64,000 nucleotides of DNA, from contig CAJINV010000012.1 of NCBI GenBank assembly GCA_905178155.1, forward strand, positions 1,306,492 through 1,370,491, written 5' to 3'. The notes under the pieces are model-generated. The model made no database searches. It was not told the DNA's origin and saw only the letters and a list, made by a program, of their open reading frames with translations. This DNA is from Amoebophrya sp. A120 (lineage: Eukaryota; Protista; Dinoflagellata). This document shows, one piece after another, positions 11,815-24,100 of the stretch (position 1 is the stretch's first letter; each line of letters begins with the position of its first letter). The position numbers were made by a program, and so were the translations under genes.

Positions 11815-14800
11815 TTACCGCGGCGTTGGTGCATATTCCGCGGCCCCAGTAAGTAACCTCCCACTAGTCGCCTTCCCCGCCCCGCGGCCCCGGTGAAGTA
11901 CTACTATTTTCGCCAGCGCCTGCTCCTGCACTGCTGGGACTATTACTCTCCGCGTTTCGCAGCATTAACGTCGGCAGGTCCAGGGATAAGACCGACGAGT
12001 CGCACTTCGTGATCGGAAATGAGGCGTGGAATTCCTTGCCTACTTTCTATGCAATGCAAATATGTCTGGGTCTGGAAAGTTGTGATGCTAATTTGCCGAT
12101 CACAAGCAACCTCCAATATGTTGGGGACACGCATGACAAGTTTCAGTTTGTGAGCGACTAGGTCTTTCGTAATAAACTGCATGAGAAATAAGTAACTGGG
12201 TTCCTGCATCACAAAAAGGCAGCGCAGTAGCTCGACATGCATGACAGGTTTTTTGTTTTTCTCTTCTCGCTGCAAGAGAGCATTACAAGTTTTGCACTTC
12301 TCCAGACACAGACACTTTTACATTTGATACTTTCCCCGTCTTCCGCAAATGCTCGAAGAACGAGCAGCGCTCGTCCAGTGGCCGCGTTTCGAAGTCCTTG
12401 GTCCGTTTATCAAAATGAAAAATCCCCCCTCCCCATACTCCAAGGGAGATTTGTGTAGCGTGATTCGTGATCACAAGTCACATTGTCATGCTAGAAGGGA
12501 CGTGGATCGTAGTGCTGCCTGGCATAGGAGAGCCTTGCGCGTTCAGCATGACAGGAAGCAACTGGAAACGGGAAACAGCATGACAAATTGCCTGCAATAA
12601 AGGAGTGAGCAGCTGCGTCTCTTGGCCTTCTAGCAATACAAGTCGATTTGTGCACTAAAATACAGCAACACAAATTTCGTTTTGGATATGGGGAGGGGGG
12701 ATTTTTCCTCACAATACCGTTTCTTGTCCTCGATGATGTGAAAAGTGCCGCTCATTGACCCCTTTTTCGTGTTCAGCGTGGTTCCGGAGCCGTACAGAAA
12801 CTGGTCCCCCGGGGCGATTACGGGTGTGTGCCCCACGATGCCCATGGATTCCTTCGTTTTCGCGCGCACCGAGCCGGTGATGTTCCCCGATTCGTTCTGG
12901 AAAACCAGCTATGCATTGCAAATATTTGTCTGGGTCTGGATTTGTGATGCGAAATTCGAATTGAATTGAATTGAAGTAGCGACGCCCCCTGACGTGCCTC
13001 GGTAGCCGATCGCTCTACCAACCGGAGGTGCTAATTACATGCTTACTTTTTCCTTCGTCGAGCACCTTCTTCGCCATACAAACCGGCTGGTGAGCGATTA
13101 CCCGGACTGCCGGCCCAATTTGTGCCGGTTTTGGTGTTTTAGGGAGATACCCGCAACGCCCCCGCGGAGTTGGCGAAACCCTGATAGCGAGACGCAACCC
13201 TTGGCGGACCTGAACGACCTGAGACCATCCCCACCTTTGGATGTGTTGTCTCCCGCTTGTGCTGCACGCTCTGCTTCGAGCCGCCCAGACCCTGTGCCCC
13301 GCGGGATCTCGGTTCGCACAATGTTGGTTAGTACGCATGGGATCCTGATCGCGGACGGCGATTGTGTAGTTGGGGGGGCTACTTCTTTTCTTGAGGGGTC
13401 GAGGTAGCGGCATACTCGGTGCGCTGCGTTTTTCTAATCTAAAACAGGGGTGAGCTGTTGCAGTCCCGGGGTCCTGCTGCGCTCTGCTGCTCCCAATGAT
13501 CATTGCCATTTGGGGTCAAGCTACCTATTTTGTAACCATCCACGCAGGTCGGCTCCTATTGGGTTCGTTTTCAAAAAACATTAGTTTTGCTCCAGCTTTC
13601 CGCTACAGTGCCTACCTCTGGGGTCCTCTGTCCTACTCGTTCTGGTCCAGGGTTGAGCAAGGCCCTGGTGAAGGAAGTGATTCGTCGGAAAAGCAGATGG
13701 GACAAGCATCGCGCGCGCCCGAAGGCTGATCATTTTGCCGCTGTTGTCACCTTGACTGTGGGGCCTGTTCTTGACGTGCTCACTCTGCATGACAAGTCTT
13801 CGCGTAACTGTATAATGCATGAATGCGATGGACCAGTTTTTTGTCGTGCTGGATGGCACTTTGTAATGCTAAATACGGATGAATCCGCAAGGAGCCGCGG
13901 GAAATTTCTCATGCTGTTATGCCGTACAAGCAGCGAGTCTGGAATGCAAGTATCAGCAACGGAAGTTTCCAGACCCAGACGTATTTCCAATCCATACCAG
14001 CGACCGCGCGATTACCCGGTAGGTCTTGTTTTTGGACAGGTTGGTGAGCCGCACGTTATAGCTGAAAATGTGCCGGACCTCGTCGGACACCTCCTGGGCG
14101 TAGCCAGTGACCATTTCCACGAGGAGGCCCTCCGTCTGCTTCTCCGACGTGCACTCAGAAAGCTTGGACTGTTGCCGCAAGGCCCTGAAGATGTGAAGAT
14201 GAAAAGTCATAATTTTCATTTCTTGCATTGCGTCAAAACAGGTGCAGGAGAACGAGAAGCATCAACATACGCACTACATAAGTAATAACTGCCACCAGAG
14301 CGATGCACGACGTCGAGAAAGCAACTGTGGTAAGTTAGTACTTGAGCACTTCGAACGCAGCGTGCGTATCCGTCGCCCACCGGATGCAGTCTTTTCGGAG
14401 CTGGGACCTTGTGGGCCGCCGATCGTGTAGTTCATCATCATCTTCACTAAGGGAGAGCGTGCTCGTCGCAGAAATTTTTGGCTCGCTGTCTGCAAGTAGA
14501 TCTCCTTCTTCGCAATCAGCAGCGCCTTCTACGCGGTGAATTTCTTCTTGCTCGTTGCTGATCGTAGCGCACGATAATTCTTCTTCTTCAACTCCAGCAC
14601 TCTCCGCCACATGATCCCTAGCATGGCTGGTTGCGGACGCAGCTGCTCCTGCGCTGGAAGTAGTCCTTTCACGAACAGGAGAGGTAGGTGCGGTTGCACT
14701 CGTGGAATCTGCAGCGATGGACGTCGAACTTGTTGCACTAGGTGATTTTTCATCGTCCGCACCAGTTACAACTTCCGCTTCTGCTGCTACATCTTCACCA

Positions 14801-15633
14801 CCAGCAGTGGTAAAAACAGAAGCATCACCATGTTGTTGACTGGTCCTCACGCTCGCGCCCGACCACTGCTCGTCTAGAATCATCTGGTTGGACGTGTACA
14901 AAGTCTTCGCGTTTACGTAGTCGCGCAGCTCTATCAAACGCAAAAATGTCTGGCTCTGGAAGATTAGAACTTGTCATGCTAAATCTAAATGATGCAAAAA
15001 TCTGTGTTGCGTGAGTGCCAAAAGCTGTCCGCTTTTGACCAAGTTGAGAGGGAGTTTCTCACGCAGGAAAGGCATGATAGAGACTTCAAAGAATCTGTCA
15101 TGCTGGGTCTCGCATTCCAGACCTCATGGGTCATGGAAAACCTGCATCACAAGTCTGGCATTCTTCCAGACCCAGACATTTTTACATTTGATAAGCTCCA
15201 CGGGCACTAACCGTTTCAACCCCTTCTCATGCACCTCGATCTGCTGGTAGATGCCCGTGCCCCAAAGCTCTTGGATCGCCGGCATTTTCAGGTATGCATT
15301 GCAAAAAAGTAGATTATGCCTCTGGGCCTAGACGAGGAAAATGAAAATGTCCAAGAATTCTTGAAGCTCTCGTGAAAAATCCCGGATTACAACACTAATT
15401 ATATCTGTCTTTCAGATGAAGCCCGTCGGCTGGCGCCACCGAGAACATGCAGACTTACTTTAATCCAACGTAAGGATTTCTTGCTGCAACCCAGATGTAT
15501 ACTTGACACCTACTTTCTTTCCCCTTGATATGAACTTCCGAAAGTCGAACTTCCGCACCTCCCGCTGCATGTGGCGGTACAGAGACCGTTCGACGACGGT
15601 CGTTAACCGCTGCTGGCAACCGGGACCACTCAT
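11815..15633 (-). CDS. ApaG (DUF525)-domain protein with an LYR-like N-terminal segment
   Basis: Spliced product ...HIFSYNVRLTNLSKNKTYRVIARSLVFQNESGNITGSVRAKTKESMGIVGHTPVIAPGDQFLYGSGTTLNTKKGSMSGTFHII matches the ApaG pattern (Y.I.I.N..RHW..G.GVVGEQP.I.PG..F.Y.SG..L.T..G.M.G). N-terminal segment contains SLYRHMQREVRKFD. Four elements plus GT-AG introns. Confidence 0.8.
12048..12329. mobile_element. Introner, family A (TIR TATCAAATGCAAAAATGTCTGGGTCTGGAAG)
   Basis: TSD CTTTC. Confidence 0.9.
12408..12716. mobile_element. Introner, family B
   Basis: TSD CCGTT. Confidence 0.9.
12910..13996. mobile_element. Introner, family A, enlarged by an ~0.83 kb internal insertion
   Basis: TSD CCAGC; join reads ARSLVFQN inside the ApaG domain; 1087 bp versus ~260 bp for the family. 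Confidence 0.85.
12958..13785 (-). mobile_element. Possible 5'-truncated non-LTR retroelement fragment nested in an introner
   Basis: Unrelated sequence ending in a (TTCAA)n tail on the minus strand (TTGAA x3 at 12961-12975); a CPIC peptide near 13700; no TSD seen. Confidence 0.4.
14932..15193. mobile_element. Introner, family A
   Basis: TSD AGCTC. Confidence 0.9.
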
Positions 15634-17160
15634 CCCCGTGGGTTTTTTCGCTTCAACCAAGTTGCGCAACGAAATGTGCTTGTGTTACTTCCCTCCTGCC
15701 AAGAGAAGGCGTTCTACTAATTTGGTCGCTCTCGCAGCCCGTCCCCTTGTATCGACGCTGCCCAGGCCGCGAGCACTAATTTGACAACGTGTCATGCCAC
15801 AGAATGAATCGCCTTATCGGGGTACAGCAAGAAATCGAATATGAGGAAATCGAATATGAGGATGCACAGCAAGAATGGCTAGAAGCGCGCGGCAACGTCG
15901 TGATCTGTAGAAGAAGGTCTTACTGGTCGTTTTTCTTGATTCGAAAAGCTTTGAAGAAGATCGTCCGGCTTCGCATCGAGCTCCTGTTGTGCTACAACTT
16001 CTCAGCTCGATGTAGTGTGGTTTTCTGCCCCATTCGCGACGGAAAAGCTACTCTGACGCGCATTCATTTTTTTTCATCCTGATTTCTATGGCAAGTAACA
16101 TATGAGATAGTACACAAAAACGAAGCCCGAATCAAAAATGTTGGTGTACTAATGAAAAGCTCAACAAGAAAAGACCTACACAGGTTTATTATAATATTAC
16201 TGTAGCGGTAGCCCTACATCTCCGTGATGGGAATATCAAGATTCATCTTGATTTTTCAAGTCGTTATAAATGAGGTGATCGTGATGATTGAGTGAGAAGC
16301 TGCTGGTAAGGAGTCCATATTAACGCGATCAGAGTATTACCTTTACATGCATGCGACATTCCCTTCCCGAAACCCTGACAGCAACAGCTGATAATACCTT
16401 CCGAACCCTTGCTCTCTCCTCTTGCTTTCGTGTTTCTCACTCGTGCCTCTCGTGTCCACCTGATGAGCACAGAAAATGGCGCAGTCGTGCGTTTTATCTC
16501 GAAGCATGAGCGACGCAATTTTACTATTCCGAAACCGAATTTTGATTTTCACCTCAGGCGACTCACACGAAGATCTTCCTGGCCACTCCTCGAGAGTAAT
16601 ACTAAACTGCAGGCAAAAATAAAGTCCTACGCACTTCTCGACCCCTGCTATGGGACAAGAGCCGGCACAGTCGCATGGTGATGTGCGTCTATACATCTTT
16701 CGGCGAACGAATTAATGCTTGTGGCTGATGAACTGTTCAAGTAGGCATGTGTTGCCACAGCAACATCTTTGGGGCACAGGAACTGCAACTACGCGGCAAG
16801 AGTTATTTCTAATAAAACAATTCAATGTAACTACACCGACGTATACAACATAGAAACCACGCAAGAGCGCCAACAAGCAAGAAACACAATTGTAAGTATC
16901 GAACCCAACCGCGAAACTTTGAAGGGTAGAATATACGAAACGGAGAAACCGAAATTACTACAGGTTAAAACAAGACGGCGTTGATGAAATTTCGTACTTC
17001 ATTACGTAGTGCAACAAAATGAAGCGACGTATTACAGTGGCGGCGAGATTAAAAATTCATATTCACAGCTTGCGTTGCCCTGGTGCATGACAGAAGTCTG
17101 GCTTACAGGGGTCTTGCATGACAAGAAATAGTGTAGAATTTACACGATCCCTGTCGAAAA

Positions 17161-18551
17161 TCACTTTTTTTTCATCATTTTCATTTTTCCCGCGGGGGAT
17201 TTGCCGGCTTTCATTTTCGCATATCCACCGCAAGAAACGAAGAGAGGGCTTGTCATGCACAGAAATACTGTCCTCAACATTCATTCTCCAACCAGTTTTA
17301 TTTATGTCGCAGAAAATTATATGTGTACGCGCGGAGAACCATGCTAAAACGAGAAATGGCAGTGGTACCCTTCACTGCATGACAAGAAACCCCCTCTCGT
17401 CAGGTTGCGTTCCATAACCCTGCCGATTTCCCACGTGCTGGCGCTGCAGGTGTCTGTTTATTTTGAAAAAAAGAGTGTAGAAGCATACGCGCTTCTCTAG
17501 ATCTCCAGGAAGCATGGGGAATGTTTTTCGTGGTCTTACGTAAAAGTATTGCAAAAAAAGTACTAAAAATACTTTCTACCTTTGCCCTCTTCATTGACAC
17601 GGCTTTTTTCATTGATGAGTATGCAACAAGGGTATAAAATCCCCACCAGTATTTAATCTGAATTTGTCATGCTTCCCAGTGGTCACACGAAAATAAATGC
17701 GTCTTTTCGATGTACTGGGTTGAAGTCTGTTGTAGCATGACAAACGAAACAAGACTTGACTGGTGAATGATTTTCCGCATTGCATAAAACTGCGGCCTTC
17801 TTCATCGATTTTGGAGCTGACGCGGCTGCTGGTTCGTCATCTTTTTTTTTATTCCATTGTTCTGCTGCTACTAGTTGCATCAGAGTTAGAAAGAAGAAAG
17901 AGAATAAACGCAACCAGAATTATATAATATGCACCACACATGACAAATCAGATCCACTCCAAACAAGCATAGAGCAAAAGCAAGTAGAAGTACCATCTTC
18001 ATCTACGGCAGCCGCGATTTCTTCCAGCACATTATGAGCGTGCACAACAGCCCCCCCGCCCCCTCATTTGGAACAAACGCATGAACAGCCATGGTAGATG
18101 AAACACCACCACCAGCGAACATGGAGTCTGGCGTGCATGAAAACTTTTTTTGTTTCTACTGCACGACCGAGTGCTTTACTAGTACTACTGTTTGGCCTAG
18201 TACAACAAGTTGCGGAATTTGTCATGCAATCCCTGTCAGATGGCAGGAACAATTTTTAGTGCTTTGCATGTGACAAATGAGACGGAAGGACGGAAGTTTT
18301 GCACACTGATACACCTCCTGATCGTGGTAAAACAGCTCCAGGACCTTTTTCCTCCCAACATACCAGAGCACCGGGATCGCCAGGGTCGCGCACGCGATAG
18401 CCGTCAGCATTGCCGCGTAGCTGGCGTATGTTTTCGTTTTTCCATCCGCGGAAAGCACCGAGATGCCCGCACCAGTAGTGTAGATCCTTTCGAGCACCAG
18501 CTTCGGGTTATCAAGGAACACCTTGACGGCCGTTTTTACCGTCTCGAACAT
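17161..18551 (-). CDS. Small predicted membrane-anchored protein with a Lys/Met-rich basic tail
   Basis: MFETVK...YAAMLTAIACATLAIPVLWYVGRKK (hydrophobic helix), an acidic linker, then KSMKKAAVSMKKAVSMKRAKTPAAPARGKSAGKMKAGKSPAGKMKMMKKK-stop. Requires removing three decayed elements and two GT-AG introns. Confidence 0.65.
17222..17416. mobile_element. Decayed introner
   Basis: Degenerate TIR, TA...TA; TSD lost (sense AGGGT/TGCGA); in-frame join AGKMKAG. Confidence 0.6.
17620..17786. mobile_element. Decayed introner (B-like)
   Basis: TIR TATGCAA..AAAATC..CACCAGT at both ends; TSD lost; in-frame join AVSMKK. Confidence 0.65.
18033..18311. mobile_element. Introner, family D (diverged)
   Basis: TSD CACAT/CACCT; join reads DQEVLEE. 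Confidence 0.75.
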
Positions 18552-19409
18552 GTTTTTGTAGGTTCAGTTTCGGGAAGCAGAGGACCTTTTGTGTACGATA
18601 CCTTTTCGTCCCGAAGAAAACTGTCGTGTCGCAGGTACTTCTATCTTCAGAATCAAAAAACAGGAGATACTCGCGAAACAACTTCGTCCAAGTTCGAAAA
18701 TCAAAATCCTAGGACGACGTTCTTCTAGTCGAAATAAAAAACAAAACGAGAGGACATCACAACACGAAGTGCTATCACTTGTGGCGGCACGCGTAGGAAG
18801 CAAAAGACCACCGACGAAATATCGAAAAATACGAGGGTAAAGACCAAGACAAGCTGCACACCGCTTTCACTCTTGTTGTTCCCTCCCGGCAAGAACTCAT
18901 GCTCGTCTCGCTCACATTCCCAACGAATAAATCGATCCAAACGAAAAGCTCAAATAATTCCAACGAAAACGCAGGACGACCAACATCGGAAGATGAACTG
19001 AGATCGATTGCCGCCGTAGCCCTCTCCTTGGCGACGTGGGCGGAGCTACCAGGGCGGAAGTTCGACGACCCCATTGAGAGGATCTTCCTCTTTCAAATCG
19101 TAGTGAATTCTGACTTGCGTCTGTCTTTTCGGAGGTCGCTAGATCTTCATAATAAATTCGCTTCGGTGCTATTGGTGCTGCGCGATTCTACGCGGCGCAA
19201 GTACTTAGGTCGTTGGAAACAAAGAAAAGCTCAAGAACTTCGAGAATGTTAGCTGGTGGCCAGGTCGCTGTAATCAGAAAACTGCGGATGCTGAATCTCA
19301 TCTTCTGTCGCGCAACATTCTTGGTATTCAATAAATAGAGTTCTTCATCTGATCAACAGCGGCGTTCCCATCTTATGCTTGAAAACCTTCACAAGACCAC
19401 ATCTCTACT

Positions 19410-20197
19410 TCACTCCCTGGCAGCTCCTGCTCCACGACCGACCGCCGCATTGGCCGCCTCCCCTTCTGGCTGACTCGCATTTGGTGCGCTCGGGCCGCCC
19501 ACGCGACCACCCGTTTCCTCTCCTCGTTGGGTCGTCGTGTTCGTGTTTTTTATTCCGGAAGCAGGGGCATTATTGCTCTTGCCACCGCCCTTGGGAGAAG
19601 TTGTTTTCCTGTTTCCCCCTTTATTGCTCTTCGCTTGGTCGACACCGTTGTTCCGCCGTTCCTCGGACTCCGCTTCAGACTCGGACTCTGACTCGGATTC
19701 CTCTTCCTCCTCCCGTCGTCTCCTTTCCCGCTCCGCCGCGGCCTCGCGCATGCTGAGGAGTTCGTTGTTGGAGTTGTTTGTCATGCAGAGAGAGAAATGA
19801 AACTACGTGATTTTGTCCTCATGCTGTAGTATGCATGAACAACAACCAGAACAAGCTTTTATAGTTTTCAAAAAAATAATACCGATCCCTATCCGGCTTG
19901 CGGATGTAGGAGCAGACTGTCAGACCGTCCTCCTCCTGGTACATCATCTATCCAAGAAAAAAACGTTGTTAGTGTAAATTTGTGATGCGCACCATTCAAG
20001 CTGATTGCGTCTGTCATGCTTGGCATGCATCGTGGGGCTCATTAAAGGGCGTTTTCACGTAGTATCTGCGCATGACAGGTTTTTGCTGTCATGCGAGAGA
20101 TATTTGCCATGCTAATCCTCCAAGAAAGTTACACTTACACAGTTTTTTTCTTGCATATCATCGTGACCAGGTTCAGTATTCGGTGGAACATAAACAT
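19410..20197 (-). CDS. Small hypothetical protein (charged, low complexity)
   Basis: MFMFHRILNLVTMMYQEEDGLTVCSYIRKPDRDR-MREAAAERERRRREEEEESESE is in frame after removing element 19949-20157 and a GT-AG intron (~19755-19881). Confidence 0.5.
19949..20157. mobile_element. Introner, family F-like
   Basis: TATCCAAGAAAAAAAC...GTTTTTTTCTTGCATA; TSD TCATC. Confidence 0.8.
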
Positions 20198-20751
20198 TTT
20201 GCTGGCTGGGAGTTGTTATACTTCTGTTCTTGCCAAAAAGAAACTCGGCCAGTAGAGCGAGCAACCCGGTACAAAAACGTAATTTTTGTTTTAGATGTTT
20301 GGCTACTTGTTCTTAGTACTGTACATTTAATATCAACATCTCCGCCCTCCGTCTAAAATCGCTGGAAGAAACGGATTTGAGAAACGAAAAAGAGAATCGG
20401 AAAAAGACGCAAAATGAACTGCGATCCACCATTTTCAAGTCATGGTCTCGATTTTTGTTTTTCGTTCATCAATAAAGCCAACTCTATTTGATAGCCAAGA
20501 ACAACTCGCTCTTTCTCTAACTACAGTGGCTCCGTCAATATTTCTTGTTTCACTTATCAGATCGCCTCTAGGAAGAGGAGCAGCTCTGCGTGGTAGTGCT
20601 GGAAGTCTCAGCTTTAGAAGTATTTTTGCAAGTAACAAAAACAATCTCTCGTCACTTAGAAGCCGCTCCGCAAAAGAAAAATTGATCATCCGAAGTACAA
20701 CATCAACCTCGATTCGATGCGCGCGACGTCTTTTCGCAGAAGACAACGAGG

Positions 20752-20833
20752 AAAATGAAGCACCTGCTTGTTGGGGGATCAAAATGAAGCACCTGCTTGA
20801 GGGAGATCAAAATGAAGCACCTGCTTGTTGGCA
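20752..20833. repeat. Three tandem copies of a ~28-bp unit with core AAAATGAAGCACCTGCTTG
   Basis: Directly visible, downstream of the Nup96-like gene. Confidence 0.85.
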
Positions 20834-21109
20834 AATAGGTGGGCCTGAAGTTCTCATGTCCTGAATTCAATTTCTTGTCCTGAGTATTTGTTCGCTCATC
20901 GCTTTTGTCGTCGTTTTTTTGAAAATACTTGTATTCGTCATAGATTTCTATTTTTCGATCATATTCTCGTCGCTGGCGCCTTAGATCAGAGAGTGGGTAC
21001 GTCATTACATAGGTACTACTACGTGAGGCATCTTCAAACGCTCAGGCAGTGTCGTACCATAGCAGTAAGTAACCTCACGACCCAGTCATCTGCTCACGTC
21101 CTTCCAGTT

Positions 21110-24100
21110 CTAATAAATCGGAAACGCGTCGAGCGCGTCGCACATGAGCCTGAGTGGGACGAGGAAATCCCGATCCTGTGGCGTTGTCGCTTTACCTGTA
21201 TCTGCGTCCACCTCCATAGCGCTGCCGTTAGTACAACTCAACCCGGTGGTTGTAGTAGCCCCAATGGGTGCCGCCGCCGCGCCACCTGCATTACCTTCTT
21301 CCCCGGCGGGCAACAGAAACCGCGCTTGCCTCACATGCGTGCGGTATTGCAGGATCAATTCGTAGCACAAGTCGTTCTGCAGCCGCGGCAGTTTCTGGCC
21401 GAGGAAAACCAGCTTCTGGTACAGAAACTCCGCCAGGCTGTCGTACTTCTCGTACGCCAGCGCGATACGGACACCCGCGCACAGCGCATCGACGCTCGCG
21501 TTGAGAAGGCTGCTGTTGGACAAATTTGAGGGGTTTATCGCATTGCTCGTCGTTTGCTTGACTTCCTGCAGGCACAATTTCTGCTGTTTGATAGAGATGT
21601 CGTCGAACACTGTGTGCACCGTGTTGGCGTTATCCCACAGAAAAAAGCTGGCAGGTCACATTTGTAATGCAAAAACAAATACACAAAAAAAACTGTATTG
21701 CGTATCCTAAACAGCATGCTATCAGGCCGCCCATGGCAGATTTTTCTGTGTATTTATTTTTGCATTACAAATATGCCCTGCCCGCTTTTTTCTGTGGGAT
21801 AGGCGTCGCAGCACTGCTTCAGTGCGTCGTACAGGAGAGATTTGTGCCTCAAACACCGCCCTTTGAGCCGGTTCGCCGGCTTCACCTTCAATTCTCGCCT
21901 TATCAAAAGGAAAAATCCCCTCTCCCCATATCAAAGCAAAATTTCTGATGCCGGATTTGGATACACGAATCAGATTTGTGTTGCAGTAGAGGACTGCACG
22001 CAGATCCTAAGCCAGGGAAGGGCCTTTCGGTGTACACGCCTAGCATGGTAGACGGCTACCCTGTAGGCCCTACAGCATTACAAAGCGCCTGCATAACGTG
22101 GCGGACAACCTGCATGTGCCTTCTTGCAAGGCAGACCTGCTTTGTGGTCACAAATCTGCATCACAAATTTTCAGAATGACGCGCTTTCAATATGGGGAGG
22201 GGTGATTTTTCCGTGCAATACGCTTGTAATTCTCTTCAAACACCGACTGTGGCTGTTCCAATGGGTTCAGCTCGCAGTTTCGCTTCCGCGCGTCCTCCAG
22301 ATTTTTTAACAGGCGAAGTGTCCTCTCAAGTTCTGTTTGTTTGGCTGTACTTGCACGACTAGTATTTCTCATCTTGTTCCCGTCTTCATTTTTACTCTGT
22401 GTGCCGTCCGTTTTTGATGCTGCTGTTCCTTTTTTTTCCCTGTGGTTCTCCACATAGCTCTTTTCCCTGGATGAAAACGCCAGACTTGCCTGTTCGACGA
22501 CACTCATTTTGTCCCGCTCCGCTGCATATGAAATCCAAAAGCATCGTACTAGTAGAAATCGCATGAGAAATTCCTTCAGCATGAAAAACTGAATTTGTAA
22601 TGCGGGTTCAGGTTAATAAGGAGATTTGTGATGCGTGACTGCGATTACTACGACTACGATACTTTTGCATTTGATACTGCACTTAAAACCTCCAATCGGT
22701 CTTTGCACTCAATAATCGCGCGATCATACGCGGTCTCCACCAAGATTTGCAGCTGCGTCGTGCCGATCGTGTTTTTTTCCAACCGCGTCTTCAAGTTCTG
22801 CTCCAGTTGCTTCTGGCTGTGTTTCAGGTGCACGATTTTGATCAGATTTCTCTTCACCTCCGGGGTCAGCGGCTCCTCCTTCAGGGGAATGGACATGCCC
22901 CGTTTGACGCAACTCTTGAGGACGATGGGAAAGAGCTTTTTTAGAACAACGTTCTTCAGTTGCCGGACGCAATGTTCCAGCTCTTGTTGGAGCTGCACCG
23001 TCAACCGCTGCTGCTGCTGCTGGGGCGGTATAGAAGAAGAAGCTGGACCGGCGGAGAAGATGTTAGAAGTACCAGCTGCACTTCCGGCGAAGAAGTACAT
23101 GTTGTTGCTTGCCACGACCTGCTGCTGTTGAGCACCATGTAGTTGACCACTGGTAAAATCATTCTCTATCGTGTGCAGCTGGTACTCGAGAAGCCGTATG
23201 AGCTCCTCCAATGTTTTCGCTACTCCAATCACGTCCTGGTGCTGCCTCTGTCGCGCGAGCTGCATCACAAGGAGGTGCTTTTCCGGGAGAACCTGGGGCG
23301 ATGAGATGAAAGTTTGCAGGCGCGATGAACCATCCATACATGACAAAATTGCACCTGTCAGAAGTACGAGTACCACACAGGCAGAATTTGTTTCATCTTC
23401 TGAAGCAGATCCAGAAGGACGAGCAGCTCCTACAAGAATAAATATAAATGATCCTCCAAACATCACTCCTGTACTACCTGCCACGAACTGAGCACCCGCA
23501 GTCTGTCTGCCACGTTTTTCGGGAAGTCGAAGGTTTGCAGGAGTTTGCCCAAAATTCGTATTACAATGAAAAACGCCCCCTCCCCATATCAAAACGGAAA
23601 TCTGTGATGCAGATTTGTGGCCACAAATCAGCTTTGTGATGCTAGAAGGCAAAAGATGCGGACTGTAGTGCTTTCTAGCGTGGGAACGCCTTGCAGCTCC
23701 AGGATGACAGAAGGCAACTGGAAGTGGGAAACAGCATGACAGATTACCTGCAAAGAGGCCACAGCTTCGTCTCTTGGCCTTCTAGCAAAACAAGTCGACT
23801 TGTGTCCTCAAATACAGCATCACAAATTCGCGCATCTTCCGTTTCCGATATGGGGTGGGGGCTTTTTTCACTTTGATAATTCGCTCTCGCGATGGCACCA
23901 CCGGGATGAAGAGAGCGACGAAAATGGACGCAGTTTTACTGCTCCTGTTTCGCTGCTGATTATACACCCGAAGCCCGTCGAGCTCGTGGTCCCCCGCCCC
24001 GGGCGAAGATGTAGGTCTGTAATTACTATATGGTGATGAAGCTCCTACTTCTCGTCCTTCTCCGACGCTGAACTCAGACCTATCAGCTGCCCCACGACGT

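Noticed and set aside
13015-14285. ORFs 13015-13509 and 13587-14285 as the missing transposase
   Set aside because: Short, no DDE, RT or recombinase motifs seen, and the second overlaps introner and antisense ApaG exon sequence.
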